The notes beneath the pieces were generated by a model, which made no database searches, was not told the origin of the DNA, and saw only the letters and a program-made list of their open reading frames with translations. Of a stretch of DNA of 7,717 nucleotides, positions 1 to 6,844 are shown piece by piece (the stretch's first letter is position 1; every line of letters starts with the position of its first letter). The translations under genes were made by a program, and so were the position numbers. The stretch comes from Allobaculum fili. Its GTDB lineage: Bacteria; Bacillota_I; Bacilli_A; Erysipelotrichales; Erysipelotrichaceae. The DNA lies in contig NZ_JAHDSX010000070.1 of assembly GCF_020969955.1 (NCBI RefSeq), forward strand, positions 1 to 7,717, read 5' to 3'.

Positions 1-36
1 CCGGATCCGAAGTATGAAGAAAACGATGAAGAATAA
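1..36 (+). CDS. 3' end of an ORF entering from the left (...PDPKYEENDEE*), product unknown; possibly the tail of an IS transposase or a duplicated gene
   Basis: Frame 1 is open from base 1 to TAA at 34-36, and the hairpin starts 5 nt after the stop. Only 11 codons are visible, so coding status is not demonstrable here. Confidence 0.3.
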   Translation, partial: PDPKYEENDEE

Positions 37-126
37 AAAATACGCCAAGCGGGATCTCGAAAGGGATCCCGTTTAGCGTATCTAATATTCAGTCTCGCGT
101 ATACCCGTCGATTGTTTGACACTTAC
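2..126. repeat. Left arm of a perfect 125-bp inverted repeat (partner 7593-7717). It may extend beyond the window edge.
   Basis: The reverse complement of 7593-7717 matches 2-126 at 125/125 positions by manual block-by-block check. Identity stops at 127 (a) vs 7592. By hand count the arm is 54/125 G+C (43%). Confidence 0.97.
35..80 (-). terminator. Intrinsic terminator inside the left repeat arm, functional on the minus strand (terminates transcription leaving the segment leftward)
   Basis: TACGCCAAGCGGGATCTC-GAAA-GGGATCCCGTTTAGCGTA (41-80) forms a roughly 18-bp stem with one C.A mismatch, two G.U wobbles and a GAAA tetraloop. On the minus strand it is followed by T6 (40-35). On the plus strand the downstream tract TCTAATATTC is poor. 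Confidence 0.7.
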
Positions 127-433
127 ATAAATACAATACGCGTGCCAATTTGGACAGATAAGCAACCAGTTAAGACCATTATGGAAAAGATGCAGGCGGC
201 AAGGCGGTATTTGAATCCGGCTGTGATAGGCTATAGCCATCCAAACCGATGAGCGAAGGCCAAAAAAGATGACTGCCATCAAGGAAGCTGGTCCAGAAGA
301 AGGATCCCTGATCTTTCCCTGACGTCTGATCCCACCTGCATTTGGCGATGCAAAGCGATCCTTGACAAGACTGAAATACCAGCCGGAAAATGATTCCCTT
401 CCAGGAATTCAAGGAAGCCTGCCATACGGTTAA

Positions 434-455
434 GGGCTCTTCGGAGCCCGTTTTT
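434..455 (+). terminator. Intrinsic terminator with a UUCG tetraloop and no intact upstream gene (orphan)
   Basis: GGGCTC-TTCG-GAGCCC (434-449) followed by G-TTTTT (450-455). Confidence 0.75.
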
Positions 456-561
456 CGAATTAAAGCGAATCGATCAGGGTAGCGAACAATTTGGAACGGC
501 CAGACGATCTGAACCGGTAGAAACCGTTCGCCTGCGATTCGCGGCAGAAAGGGGAAAAGCG

Positions 562-792
562 ATGACAAACAAACGCTGGATTTTGAATCTGGTCGTGATC
601 GCGGCAGCGCTGATCGGCATCGTCGCCAGTCTGTTTGCGTGGATGTACGCGGCCATCCCGGCCAGAACGGCACAGGCCATTCTGTTAGGGGTGACGATTG
701 CGGCCGTCCTGATTCTGGCCGGAATTAACTATGCGTACAGCGCGTACGGCAAACGCTTTCACAAAGTCTATCCCGACAGTCACAATCACTGA
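562..792 (+). CDS. Small (76 aa) two-transmembrane-helix protein, function unknown
   Basis: ATG 562 lies 7 nt after the GGGG of AAAGGGGAAAAG. There are two roughly 23-aa hydrophobic spans (WILNLVVIAAALIGIVASLFAWMYAAI and AILLGVTIAAVLILAGINYAY) and a polar C-terminal tail. Its own terminator follows at 832-857. No family recognised. Confidence 0.6.
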   Translation: MTNKRWILNLVVIAAALIGIVASLFAWMYAAIPARTAQAILLGVTIAAVLILAGINYAYSAYGKRFHKVYPDSHNH

Positions 793-831
793 CGGATTAA
801 CCGGATTTAACCAGGTTTAAAGGAAACAAAG

Positions 832-857
832 AGACGCCCCTGCGGCGTCTTTTCTTT
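832..857 (+). terminator. Intrinsic terminator after the small membrane protein gene
   Basis: AGACGCC-CCTGC-GGCGTCT (832-850) followed by TTTCTTT (851-857). Confidence 0.75.
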
Positions 858-1046
858 ACGTCTGGAACACGTTCGATCCACGCCTGGCAGAACAGAAGCA
901 AAGCAGCGCTCTCGTAAAGTGCAGGCGAAAAAGCGAAAGCCCGATGAATCACGATGGAAAAACGGAAACATGAAGAATCTGTCCGCATATGGGGAAAAGA
1001 GGGAAATTGGGCGCTTCTCTGGTCTCGTTGTATAGTTATAGCGGTG

Positions 1047-1835
1047 ATGAAGATGAAACCCTGTGATCCAATTGGCGTATTTGATTCCGGACTTGGCGGA
1101 CTGACCGTCGCGGCGCAGATTCGAAAGGAACTGCCCAATGAGACGGTTCTTTACTTTGGCGATTCCGCCCGCAATCCGTATGGGGAAAAGCCGCGTGAAG
1201 TCGTCGAGACGTATTCGATGGAAATTGTCGAAGCCTTTGCCAGACAGCACGTCAAAGCGGTGGTAATCGCCTGCAACACGGCGACCAGCGCTGCCGCCCC
1301 GCTGCTGCGCGAACACTTTGATTTCGACATTATTGGCATGGAACCGGCTCTCAAAGTCGCTGCCGATCTGAAAACCCCGTCGATCATTGCGGTCTGGGCC
1401 ACGAACCTGACGCTTCATCAGGAAAAGTTTGAGCGGCTCAAAAACCGTTTTCAAAGCGGCCATGAGATCATACGGGTACCATGTCCAGGACTCGTCCGGC
1501 TTGTGGAAGAAGACCGTCTGGACGATCTGGAGGCTGTCGACGCGGCGCTGAGAGACTATCTGGCGCAAAGCAGGAACGCAGAGTTTATCGTTCTAGGCTG
1601 TACGCACTTTCTGTTTTTCAAGCAGCGCCTGCAGCAGCTCGCCGGTCCGAACGTCAAAATTGTGGACGGAAATGAAGGAACGGTGCGCCATCTGAAGCAT
1701 CTTCTTGAAGAGAAGCATCTGCTCAATCCGGATTCTTCTCACAGGGAAGACAGGCTGCAGATCGACAATTCCGATCCGAGTCAGATTGACCTGTCCTGGA
1801 AACTGGTCCATCGAATGGAGGAAACGTATGAGTAA
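1047..1835 (+). CDS. murI: Glutamate racemase
   Basis: It has the MurI hallmarks: N-terminal IGVFDSGLGGLTV and both catalytic-Cys motifs, VVIACNTATSAA and VLGCTHFLFF. The ORF opens at 954, but the conserved family N-terminus begins at MKMKPCDPIGVFDSG, so ATG 1047 (or 1053) is preferred. No Shine-Dalgarno sequence precedes either start, so the start is uncertain. Confidence 0.88.
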   Translation: MKMKPCDPIGVFDSGLGGLTVAAQIRKELPNETVLYFGDSARNPYGEKPREVVETYSMEIVEAFARQHVKAVVIACNTATSAAAPLLREHFDFDIIGMEPALKVAADLKTPSIIAVWATNLTLHQEKFERLKNRFQSGHEIIRVPCPGLVRLVEEDRLDDLEAVDAALRDYLAQSRNAEFIVLGCTHFLFFKQRLQQLAGPNVKIVDGNEGTVRHLKHLLEEKHLLNPDSSHREDRLQIDNSDPSQIDLSWKLVHRMEETYE

Positions 1836-3255
1836 AAATAAAAACGCCTGGCTTGCCTGCGATGACAGGACGCTTGGCGAAATCATGACGTTTGCCCAAG
1901 GCTACATGAATTTTCTTTTCCTTGGAAAAACCGAACGCCGCTGCGTCAGGCAGGCGATTGCGCTTGCTGAAGGTTTCGGCTATCGCAACATTAACGAATA
2001 CGCCGAAAACGGCAAGAGCCTGAAGCCGCAGGACAGAGTCTATTTCAATATGATGGATAAAGCCGTTGTGCTCTTTCACATCGGCAGCGATCCGATCGCC
2101 AAAGGCATGAACATTGTCGGCGCGCACATCGACTCGCCCCGTCTCGATCTCAAGCAGCATCCGCTCTATGAGCAGGACGGCATCTGCCTGTTCGATACCC
2201 ATTACTATGGCGGCATTAAGAAATACCAGTGGACGACACTTCCGCTGGCGATGTATGGCGTGGTTGTTCTGAAGGACGGCACGCACATGGATATCGCCAT
2301 CGGCGATCATCCGGAAGACGAAGTGTTCTGTATTACCGATGTCCTGCCGCATCTTGGCAAGGATCAGGCCAGCAAGCCCACATCCAAAGCCATCGAAGGC
2401 GAAGCGCTGAACGTCATCGCCGGTTCCATTCCGCAAAAGGAAGACGGCGACGAAAAAGCTTCCGATCCAGTCAAGGCGAACATTTTGCGTCTGCTCAAGG
2501 ACCGCTACGGCATTGATGAAGATGACTTCATCAGTGCCGAACTCGAAGTCGTTCCGCAGGGCGAAGCCAGAACGTGCGGCCTCGATCGTTCCATGGTTTT
2601 AGGCTATGGACAGGATGACCGCGTCATGGCCTACACGGGTCTGATCGGCCAGCTCGAACTCGCGAACGAAACGCTCGAGCGTACCGCCGTATGCCTGCTT
2701 GTGGATAAGGAAGAAATCGGATCCGTCGGCGCGACGGGCATGCAGTCGCATTTCTTTGAAGACCAGGTGGCTGAAGTGCTCTCCTTACTGGGCGAGTACA
2801 GCGAACTGAACGTTCGCCGGGCTCTGCGTCATTCCACGATGCTTTCGTGCGATGTTTCCGCAGCTCATGATCCCAACGTACCGGAAGTTTCTTCCCCTAA
2901 CGGCAACGCCGCGCAGTTTGGATGCGGTATCGCGATTTCCAAGTACGTCGGTTCCGGCGGCAAGAGCCATTCCAACGACGCTCGTGCGGAATACATCGCC
3001 GCGCTGCGCAAACTGCTCGATGATCACGATGTCGTCTGGCAGACCGCGGAACTCGGCAAAGTCGACCAGGGCGGCGGCGGAACGATCGCCTACATTCTGG
3101 CCAACTACGGAATGGACGTCATCGACGCTGGCGTGGCGCTGATGTCCATGCATTCTCCGTTTGAACTGAGCTCCAAGGCGGATGTGTATGAAGCCTTTTG
3201 CTGCTGCAAGGTTTTCCTGCAGTACATGCGCGATCTGCAGGCCAATTCGCTTTAA
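1828..3255 (+). CDS. M18-family aminopeptidase (aspartyl/glutamyl-type aminopeptidase), 475 aa
   Basis: Evidence is the GAHIDSPRLDLK motif, the C-terminal SMHSPFELSSKADV motif and a size typical of M18. GGAGG at 1816-1820 lies 7 nt before ATG 1828. The start overlaps the murI stop by 8 nt (ATGAGTAA). The ORF-track start at 1705 is rejected because it lies inside murI. Confidence 0.85.
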   Translation: MSKNKNAWLACDDRTLGEIMTFAQGYMNFLFLGKTERRCVRQAIALAEGFGYRNINEYAENGKSLKPQDRVYFNMMDKAVVLFHIGSDPIAKGMNIVGAHIDSPRLDLKQHPLYEQDGICLFDTHYYGGIKKYQWTTLPLAMYGVVVLKDGTHMDIAIGDHPEDEVFCITDVLPHLGKDQASKPTSKAIEGEALNVIAGSIPQKEDGDEKASDPVKANILRLLKDRYGIDEDDFISAELEVVPQGEARTCGLDRSMVLGYGQDDRVMAYTGLIGQLELANETLERTAVCLLVDKEEIGSVGATGMQSHFFEDQVAEVLSLLGEYSELNVRRALRHSTMLSCDVSAAHDPNVPEVSSPNGNAAQFGCGIAISKYVGSGGKSHSNDARAEYIAALRKLLDDHDVVWQTAELGKVDQGGGGTIAYILANYGMDVIDAGVALMSMHSPFELSSKADVYEAFCCCKVFLQYMRDLQANSL

Positions 3256-3262
3256 GATTGAT

Positions 3263-3289
3263 TCCCCCGAAGATTCGGGGGATTTTTTT
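3263..3289 (+). terminator. Intrinsic terminator after the aminopeptidase gene
   Basis: TCCCCCGA-AGAT-TCGGGGGA (3263-3282) followed by T7 (3283-3289). Confidence 0.85.
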
Positions 3290-3397
3290 CGCTCTGTGGT
3301 TTCGGCCACTCCCTTTACGCTTTTTGACGAATTTCCAAAGACGTTTTGAAGGGAGAGGAAATATTGCGTATGGTGGAGGAAGCCAAGGAGAGCGAAT

Positions 3398-3862
3398 ATG
3401 AAATACTATGCAGCTTATGGAAGCAACCTCCATCTCGAACAGATGAAAGAACGATGCCCGAACGCGATCCCGATCGGAACCGCCCGTCTTGCAGACTGGA
3501 AGCTCGTCTTTAAAGGAGACAAGGGAGAGTTTTATCTCTCGATCGTCCCAAAGCAGGGGGCTTTTGCGGATGCGGGCATCTGGCAGGTGGACGCTCAGGA
3601 CGAAGCCGCGCTTGATGAATACGAGGAATATCCCGCGCTGTACAAAAAGTTCACGCTGGATTTGCCCGTCAGTTTTTTTGACGGACATCGCGAATCTCTT
3701 CCTGTGTTTCTTTACGCCATTCCCCTGGGCTTTGCGGATGGCAGGCCAGAAGAAGAGTACGTACAAATCTGCGAAGCGGGCTGTCACGACTTTAGTCTGG
3801 ATCCGGCGCCTTTGTTTGCGGCTCTGGAAAGGGTGCCGGCGCAGACCGGCCAGAAGTCCTGA
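3398..3862 (+). CDS. Gamma-glutamylcyclotransferase-like (GGCT/AIG2-like fold) protein, 154 aa
   Basis: The N-terminal YAAYGSNLHLEQMKERCP matches the YGSNL signature of the GGCT fold, and an acidic EYEEYPALY segment sits where the catalytic Glu is expected. AAGGAG at 3385-3390 lies 7 nt before the ATG. Confidence 0.75.
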   Translation: MKYYAAYGSNLHLEQMKERCPNAIPIGTARLADWKLVFKGDKGEFYLSIVPKQGAFADAGIWQVDAQDEAALDEYEEYPALYKKFTLDLPVSFFDGHRESLPVFLYAIPLGFADGRPEEEYVQICEAGCHDFSLDPAPLFAALERVPAQTGQKS

Positions 3863-3934
3863 GCCTGGAAAGGAAAGAAGATCCGACAGGGCAGCGTGGC
3901 CCGAACAGCAGCCCTGAACAGGAAACCAGACGAT

Positions 3935-3963
3935 CGCTCTGTATGAAACAGGGCGTTTTTTTT
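3935..3963 (+). terminator. Intrinsic terminator downstream of the GGCT-like gene
   Basis: CGCTCTGT-ATGAA-ACAGGGCG (3935-3955, one G.U pair) followed by T8 (3956-3963). Confidence 0.75.
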
Positions 3964-4036
3964 CAGGCGAAACGAAAAAACGAACACCGATGCAAATCTG
4001 ACCCAGATTGGCTGATTCGGCCCATTTCTGGCCGCA

Positions 4037-4045
4037 TGATATAAA
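4037..4045 (+). promoter_or_regulatory. Candidate extended -10 promoter element (TGaTATAAA) for the HD-HAD-thyA-folA unit
   Basis: TG at 4037-4038, one base, then TATAAA at 4040-4045. It lies downstream of the 3935-3963 terminator and about 75 nt upstream of ATG 4119. No convincing -35. A 7-bp hairpin, TGACGGA-TCG-TCCGTCA (4085-4101), sits in the putative 5' UTR. Confidence 0.3.
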
Positions 4046-4118
4046 ATAGGCATGCGCAAACCGGCGCAAGAAACAAAATCGGTTTGACGGATCGTCCGTC
4101 AGGAAGGGAAGAAGAACC

Positions 4119-4895
4119 ATGCGTGAAGAAGAGCGTTTTACTGAGTACGTGCAGAACTACAATCCGGAGGATTCACAGATTCGTCTGAAAATCATCCATA
4201 CGTGGAAAGTCGTTTCAGCCGCGGATCAGATTGCCGAAAATCTGAACCTGAGTGAAGAAGAAAAGAAGCTCGCCCATCTGGGAGCGCTGTTTCATGACAT
4301 CGGCCGCTTTGAACAGGTGCGCCGCTTTCATACGTTCATGGATGCGAAAAGCGTCGATCATGCCGCTTTAGGCGCTGAAATTCTCGCACAGGAAGATTTC
4401 TTAAACGAGCTGTCCAATCAGGAAAAAGAAATGGTCATTCAGGCCGTTTCCGTTCATAACAAGCTTTCCATTCCCGATATGGATACCGGCTTTCAGCGCG
4501 TTCTCGATCAGATTTTGCGGGACGCCGACAAAGTGGACATTTTCCGGGTCAGCGCAAAGGAAGATCCCATGGATACGACCGGCGCCCCTTTATCCGCTCT
4601 CAAAACGCAGACGATCACGCCCGCCGTTTACGAGGCGCTCGTCGAGGGACGAAGCGTTGATCGTTCGAGCCGGATTACCAATCTCGATTTCTGGATGTCC
4701 TTTCTCGGCTTCATTCCTGATCTGAACTTCCCAGTTTCGTGCCGTATCGTGCTGGAACAGGGATTCTGGCGTGAACAGCTGGACCGTATGGTCAATGAAC
4801 AGCTGGTCGAAGACGAAATGACAAGAGAACAGATCCAGACACTGCTTGACCTTTCCGCAAAGCGTCTGGAAGAAAAAGCCGCTCTCGCCGGTTAA
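4119..4895 (+). CDS. HD/HDIG-domain metal-dependent phosphohydrolase, 258 aa, substrate unknown
   Basis: The H...HD...H...D pattern is present: IIHTW, LGALFHDIGRFEQ (HDIG motif), DHAALGAEIL and LRDADKVDIF. A GGAAGGGAAG purine run precedes the ATG. Confidence 0.8.
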   Translation: MREEERFTEYVQNYNPEDSQIRLKIIHTWKVVSAADQIAENLNLSEEEKKLAHLGALFHDIGRFEQVRRFHTFMDAKSVDHAALGAEILAQEDFLNELSNQEKEMVIQAVSVHNKLSIPDMDTGFQRVLDQILRDADKVDIFRVSAKEDPMDTTGAPLSALKTQTITPAVYEALVEGRSVDRSSRITNLDFWMSFLGFIPDLNFPVSCRIVLEQGFWREQLDRMVNEQLVEDEMTREQIQTLLDLSAKRLEEKAALAG

Positions 4896-4998
4896 GCTTT
4901 ATAAATCCGAAAAACAAAACGGCTTTTCGAAAAGGCATATTCTGCGAAAAGCCCAGCGACAGATCAGGCGGCAAAGCGCCTGAAAAAGGAGGAGGCTT

Positions 4999-5979
4999 AT
5001 GAAACCCGTAACGCTGATTGCGGTCGATGTCGACGGCACGCTGCTCAATTCGCAAAAGAAGCTCGATGAGAAAACCCGTCAGGCCGTAAACCGCCTGAAA
5101 GAATACGGAATCCTGTTTGGGATTATTTCCGGACGCCCGGTCGAAAGCGGCGTCATTCTCAGCCGCCAGTGGGGCATTGAAAATTCGATCAGTTTTTTAG
5201 TCGGCATGAACGGCGGTGCCATTTACGATATGCGCACAAAAGAAAAACAGACCTTCGCGCATCTCGACGGCAAACTGGTCTGGCAGATCTGTGAAATTTT
5301 CCGGGAAATCCCCGGCATTCATTTTGAACCGATGATCGGCAACCGCCGCTATGTGGAATTTTCCACACCGGAAACGCTCGCCATTGCCGAGCAGTTTGGC
5401 GAAGAGGAAATTATTGTCGATCTCAAGGAGTTTCTGGAACATCACGATGTGGACAAGCTGGTCATTCGCAGCCGCGCCGAAGATCAGCCGCGCATTAAGG
5501 AAATCGCAGCAGCGCATCCGTTTGAAGGGGTAGTGAGCTTTCCCACCGCGGACGTTCTTTACGAATACGTCGATCCGAAAATCAATAAGGGATTCGGCCT
5601 GGACCGCATTTGCGAACATTATGGTCTGAACGAAGAAAACGTCATCGCTTTTGGCGATGAAAGCAACGATATTGAAATGCTTCAGAAAGCCGGAGTCGGC
5701 ATCGCGATGGGCAATGCCACGCCGCCGGTCAAGGCGATCGCGGATGTGGTTCTGCCCTGGACCAACGATGAACACGGCATTGCCCGCTATCTGGAACAGG
5801 ACGTTCTTCCAGAACAGACCGGCCGCCTCGAAGTGCTCCCGGCATCGACGTACACTTCGTTGCGCGCCCCAGAAATGCCGGCAAATCCAGAAGCCGATAC
5901 GCCTGCGCAGGGGAGGGAAACTGCCGCTGCAGGCGGCAAAGAAGAAAACCAGCAGAGAAAGGGGAAAGGGAATGTCTAA
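4999..5979 (+). CDS. Cof-type HAD-IIB phosphatase with a roughly 55-aa low-complexity C-terminal tail, 326 aa
   Basis: HAD motif I is IAVDVDGTLLN and motif IV region is FGDESNDIEMLQKAGVGIAMGNA, with a cap domain between them. GGAGGAGG precedes the ATG. The tail LPEQTGRLEVLPASTYTSLRAPEMPANPEADTPAQGRETAAAGGKEENQQRKGKGNV is not part of the HAD fold. Confidence 0.85.
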   Translation: MKPVTLIAVDVDGTLLNSQKKLDEKTRQAVNRLKEYGILFGIISGRPVESGVILSRQWGIENSISFLVGMNGGAIYDMRTKEKQTFAHLDGKLVWQICEIFREIPGIHFEPMIGNRRYVEFSTPETLAIAEQFGEEEIIVDLKEFLEHHDVDKLVIRSRAEDQPRIKEIAAAHPFEGVVSFPTADVLYEYVDPKINKGFGLDRICEHYGLNEENVIAFGDESNDIEMLQKAGVGIAMGNATPPVKAIADVVLPWTNDEHGIARYLEQDVLPEQTGRLEVLPASTYTSLRAPEMPANPEADTPAQGRETAAAGGKEENQQRKGKGNV

Positions 5980-6844
5980 ATGGGATGAAATTTACTGCGG
6001 CCTTTGCGAGACGATTCTCAGCGAAGGAACGATCGTTTCCAACCGTACAGGCGTGGATACGAAAAAAATTCCGTTTGCCCACTTCACGCTGAATGTCGGC
6101 GAAGAATTTCCGATCCTGACCGTCAAGCAGCTGTTTTTACGGCAGGCGGTTCTGGAAATGTTATGGATTTATCAGGCGCAGAGCAACGATGTGCGCTGGC
6201 TTCAGGAGCGCAATGTGCACATCTGGGACGAATGGGAAATCGATGAAAACGGCGACTGGCTGGAAGTAAATACCGGCCGGGTGCTCAAGCATTTCGATCC
6301 GTCCATGGCGCATACGATCGGTACGGCGTACGGCTACATCGTTCGCAAGTACCATCTGATCGACAAGCTGATCGATTCGCTTAAAAACCATCCGGAAGAC
6401 CGGCGCCGGGTCATGTCTTTATGGCAGGATGCGGAACTCGATACGGCGGTTCTGCCCAGCTGCGTCTGGAGCAGCGAATGGGACATTACCGATGGAACGC
6501 TTAATGTACTCGTCCATCAGCGCTCGTGCGACGTCGGTCTGGGTCTGCCGTTTAACGTTACGCAGTATGCGGTACTGATGTGCATGATGGCTCAGGTGTG
6601 CGGACTGAAAGTCGGACGCCTGGACTGGTCGATTAAGGACGCGCACATTTACGTCAATCAGCTCGAGCAGATGCAGGAACTTCTGCAGCGCTGGCACACG
6701 AATGAGCCGCTGCCGGCACCGAAGCTCTGGCTCAACCCGGAAGTGAAAAACTTTTACGACTTTGACAGTTCGAAAGAACTGAAGGACGTGCATCTGGAAG
6801 GGTATCAGCACATGGGAAAACTGCGGATGCCCATTACCCAGTGA
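5972..6844 (+). CDS. thyA: Thymidylate synthase (ThyA type), 290 aa
   Basis: The catalytic Cys lies in LPSCVWSSEW. HQRSCDVGLGLPFNVTQYAVL matches the ThyA core, including the dUMP-specifying Asn of PFN. The C-terminal LWLNPEVKNFYDF resembles my recollection of Bacillus subtilis ThyA. ATG 5972 follows GGGGAAAGGG and overlaps the HAD stop by 8 nt. The ORF-track start at 5651 is rejected. Confidence 0.92.
   Translation: MSKWDEIYCGLCETILSEGTIVSNRTGVDTKKIPFAHFTLNVGEEFPILTVKQLFLRQAVLEMLWIYQAQSNDVRWLQERNVHIWDEWEIDENGDWLEVNTGRVLKHFDPSMAHTIGTAYGYIVRKYHLIDKLIDSLKNHPEDRRRVMSLWQDAELDTAVLPSCVWSSEWDITDGTLNVLVHQRSCDVGLGLPFNVTQYAVLMCMMAQVCGLKVGRLDWSIKDAHIYVNQLEQMQELLQRWHTNEPLPAPKLWLNPEVKNFYDFDSSKELKDVHLEGYQHMGKLRMPITQ

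Noticed and set aside
116-137. TTGACA (116-121) plus TACAAT (132-137) at the left junction as an inward promoter.
   Set aside because: The spacer is only 10 nt, which is incompatible with sigma70-type geometry. No alternative -10 lies 16-18 nt downstream.
203-310. Partial resemblance to cobalamin-riboswitch core motifs: GGCGGTATTTGAATCCGGCTG vs GGTGnnAATCCnnGCnG, ACTGCCATCAAGGAAGC vs CACTGcc..ggGGGAAG, and GGTCCAGAAGAAGGATCC vs the B12 box AGYCAGGAGACCTGCC.
   Set aside because: The CCCGCnACTG segment is missing, the B12-box match fails in its 3' half, and I could not build the P1 helix or the kissing-loop pairings by eye. The terminator at 434-455 is also about 100 nt from the next start codon. 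It needs an Rfam covariance-model scan, so I am not calling it.
320-322. In-frame TGA in the frame-2 reading of 230-433 as possible recoding (Sec, or an alternative genetic code).
   Set aside because: TGA clearly serves as the stop for bona fide genes in this window (562-792, 3398-3862, 5972-6844), and frame 2 has further stops at 212, 224 and 227. Decay is the simpler explanation.
362-367. Consensus TTGACA hexamer inside the non-coding region.
   Set aside because: No -10-like hexamer lies 16-18 nt downstream (the sequence there is GGAAAA).
954-1046. ORF-track N-terminal extensions: murI from 954, peptidase from 1705 and thyA from 5651.
   Set aside because: The extensions overlap the preceding gene in another frame or add non-conserved basic residues. 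In the peptidase and thyA, an internal ATG with a good SD coincides with the conserved family N-terminus. murI has no SD, so its internal start rests on the conserved N-terminus alone.
807-1568. Long minus-strand ORFs opposite real genes: 807-1568, 1723-2436, 2785-3309, 3119-4120, 5197-5775, 6419-6811, 6805-7500 and 179-673.
   Set aside because: Each lies antisense to a plus-strand gene with strong family motifs. Their translations are Arg/Ser/Trp-rich and low in recognisable motifs, and they lack SD sequences. They are typical shadow ORFs of G+C-moderate coding DNA.
4921-4953. A 9-bp hairpin, GGCTTTTCG...CGAAAAGCC, between the HD and HAD genes, with a T-rich tail only on the minus strand (GTTTTGTTTTT).
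   Set aside because: It would be a minus-strand terminator, but there is no credible minus-strand gene to terminate. The 15-nt loop makes it weak, and on the plus strand it lacks a T tract, so HD-HAD read-through is expected.
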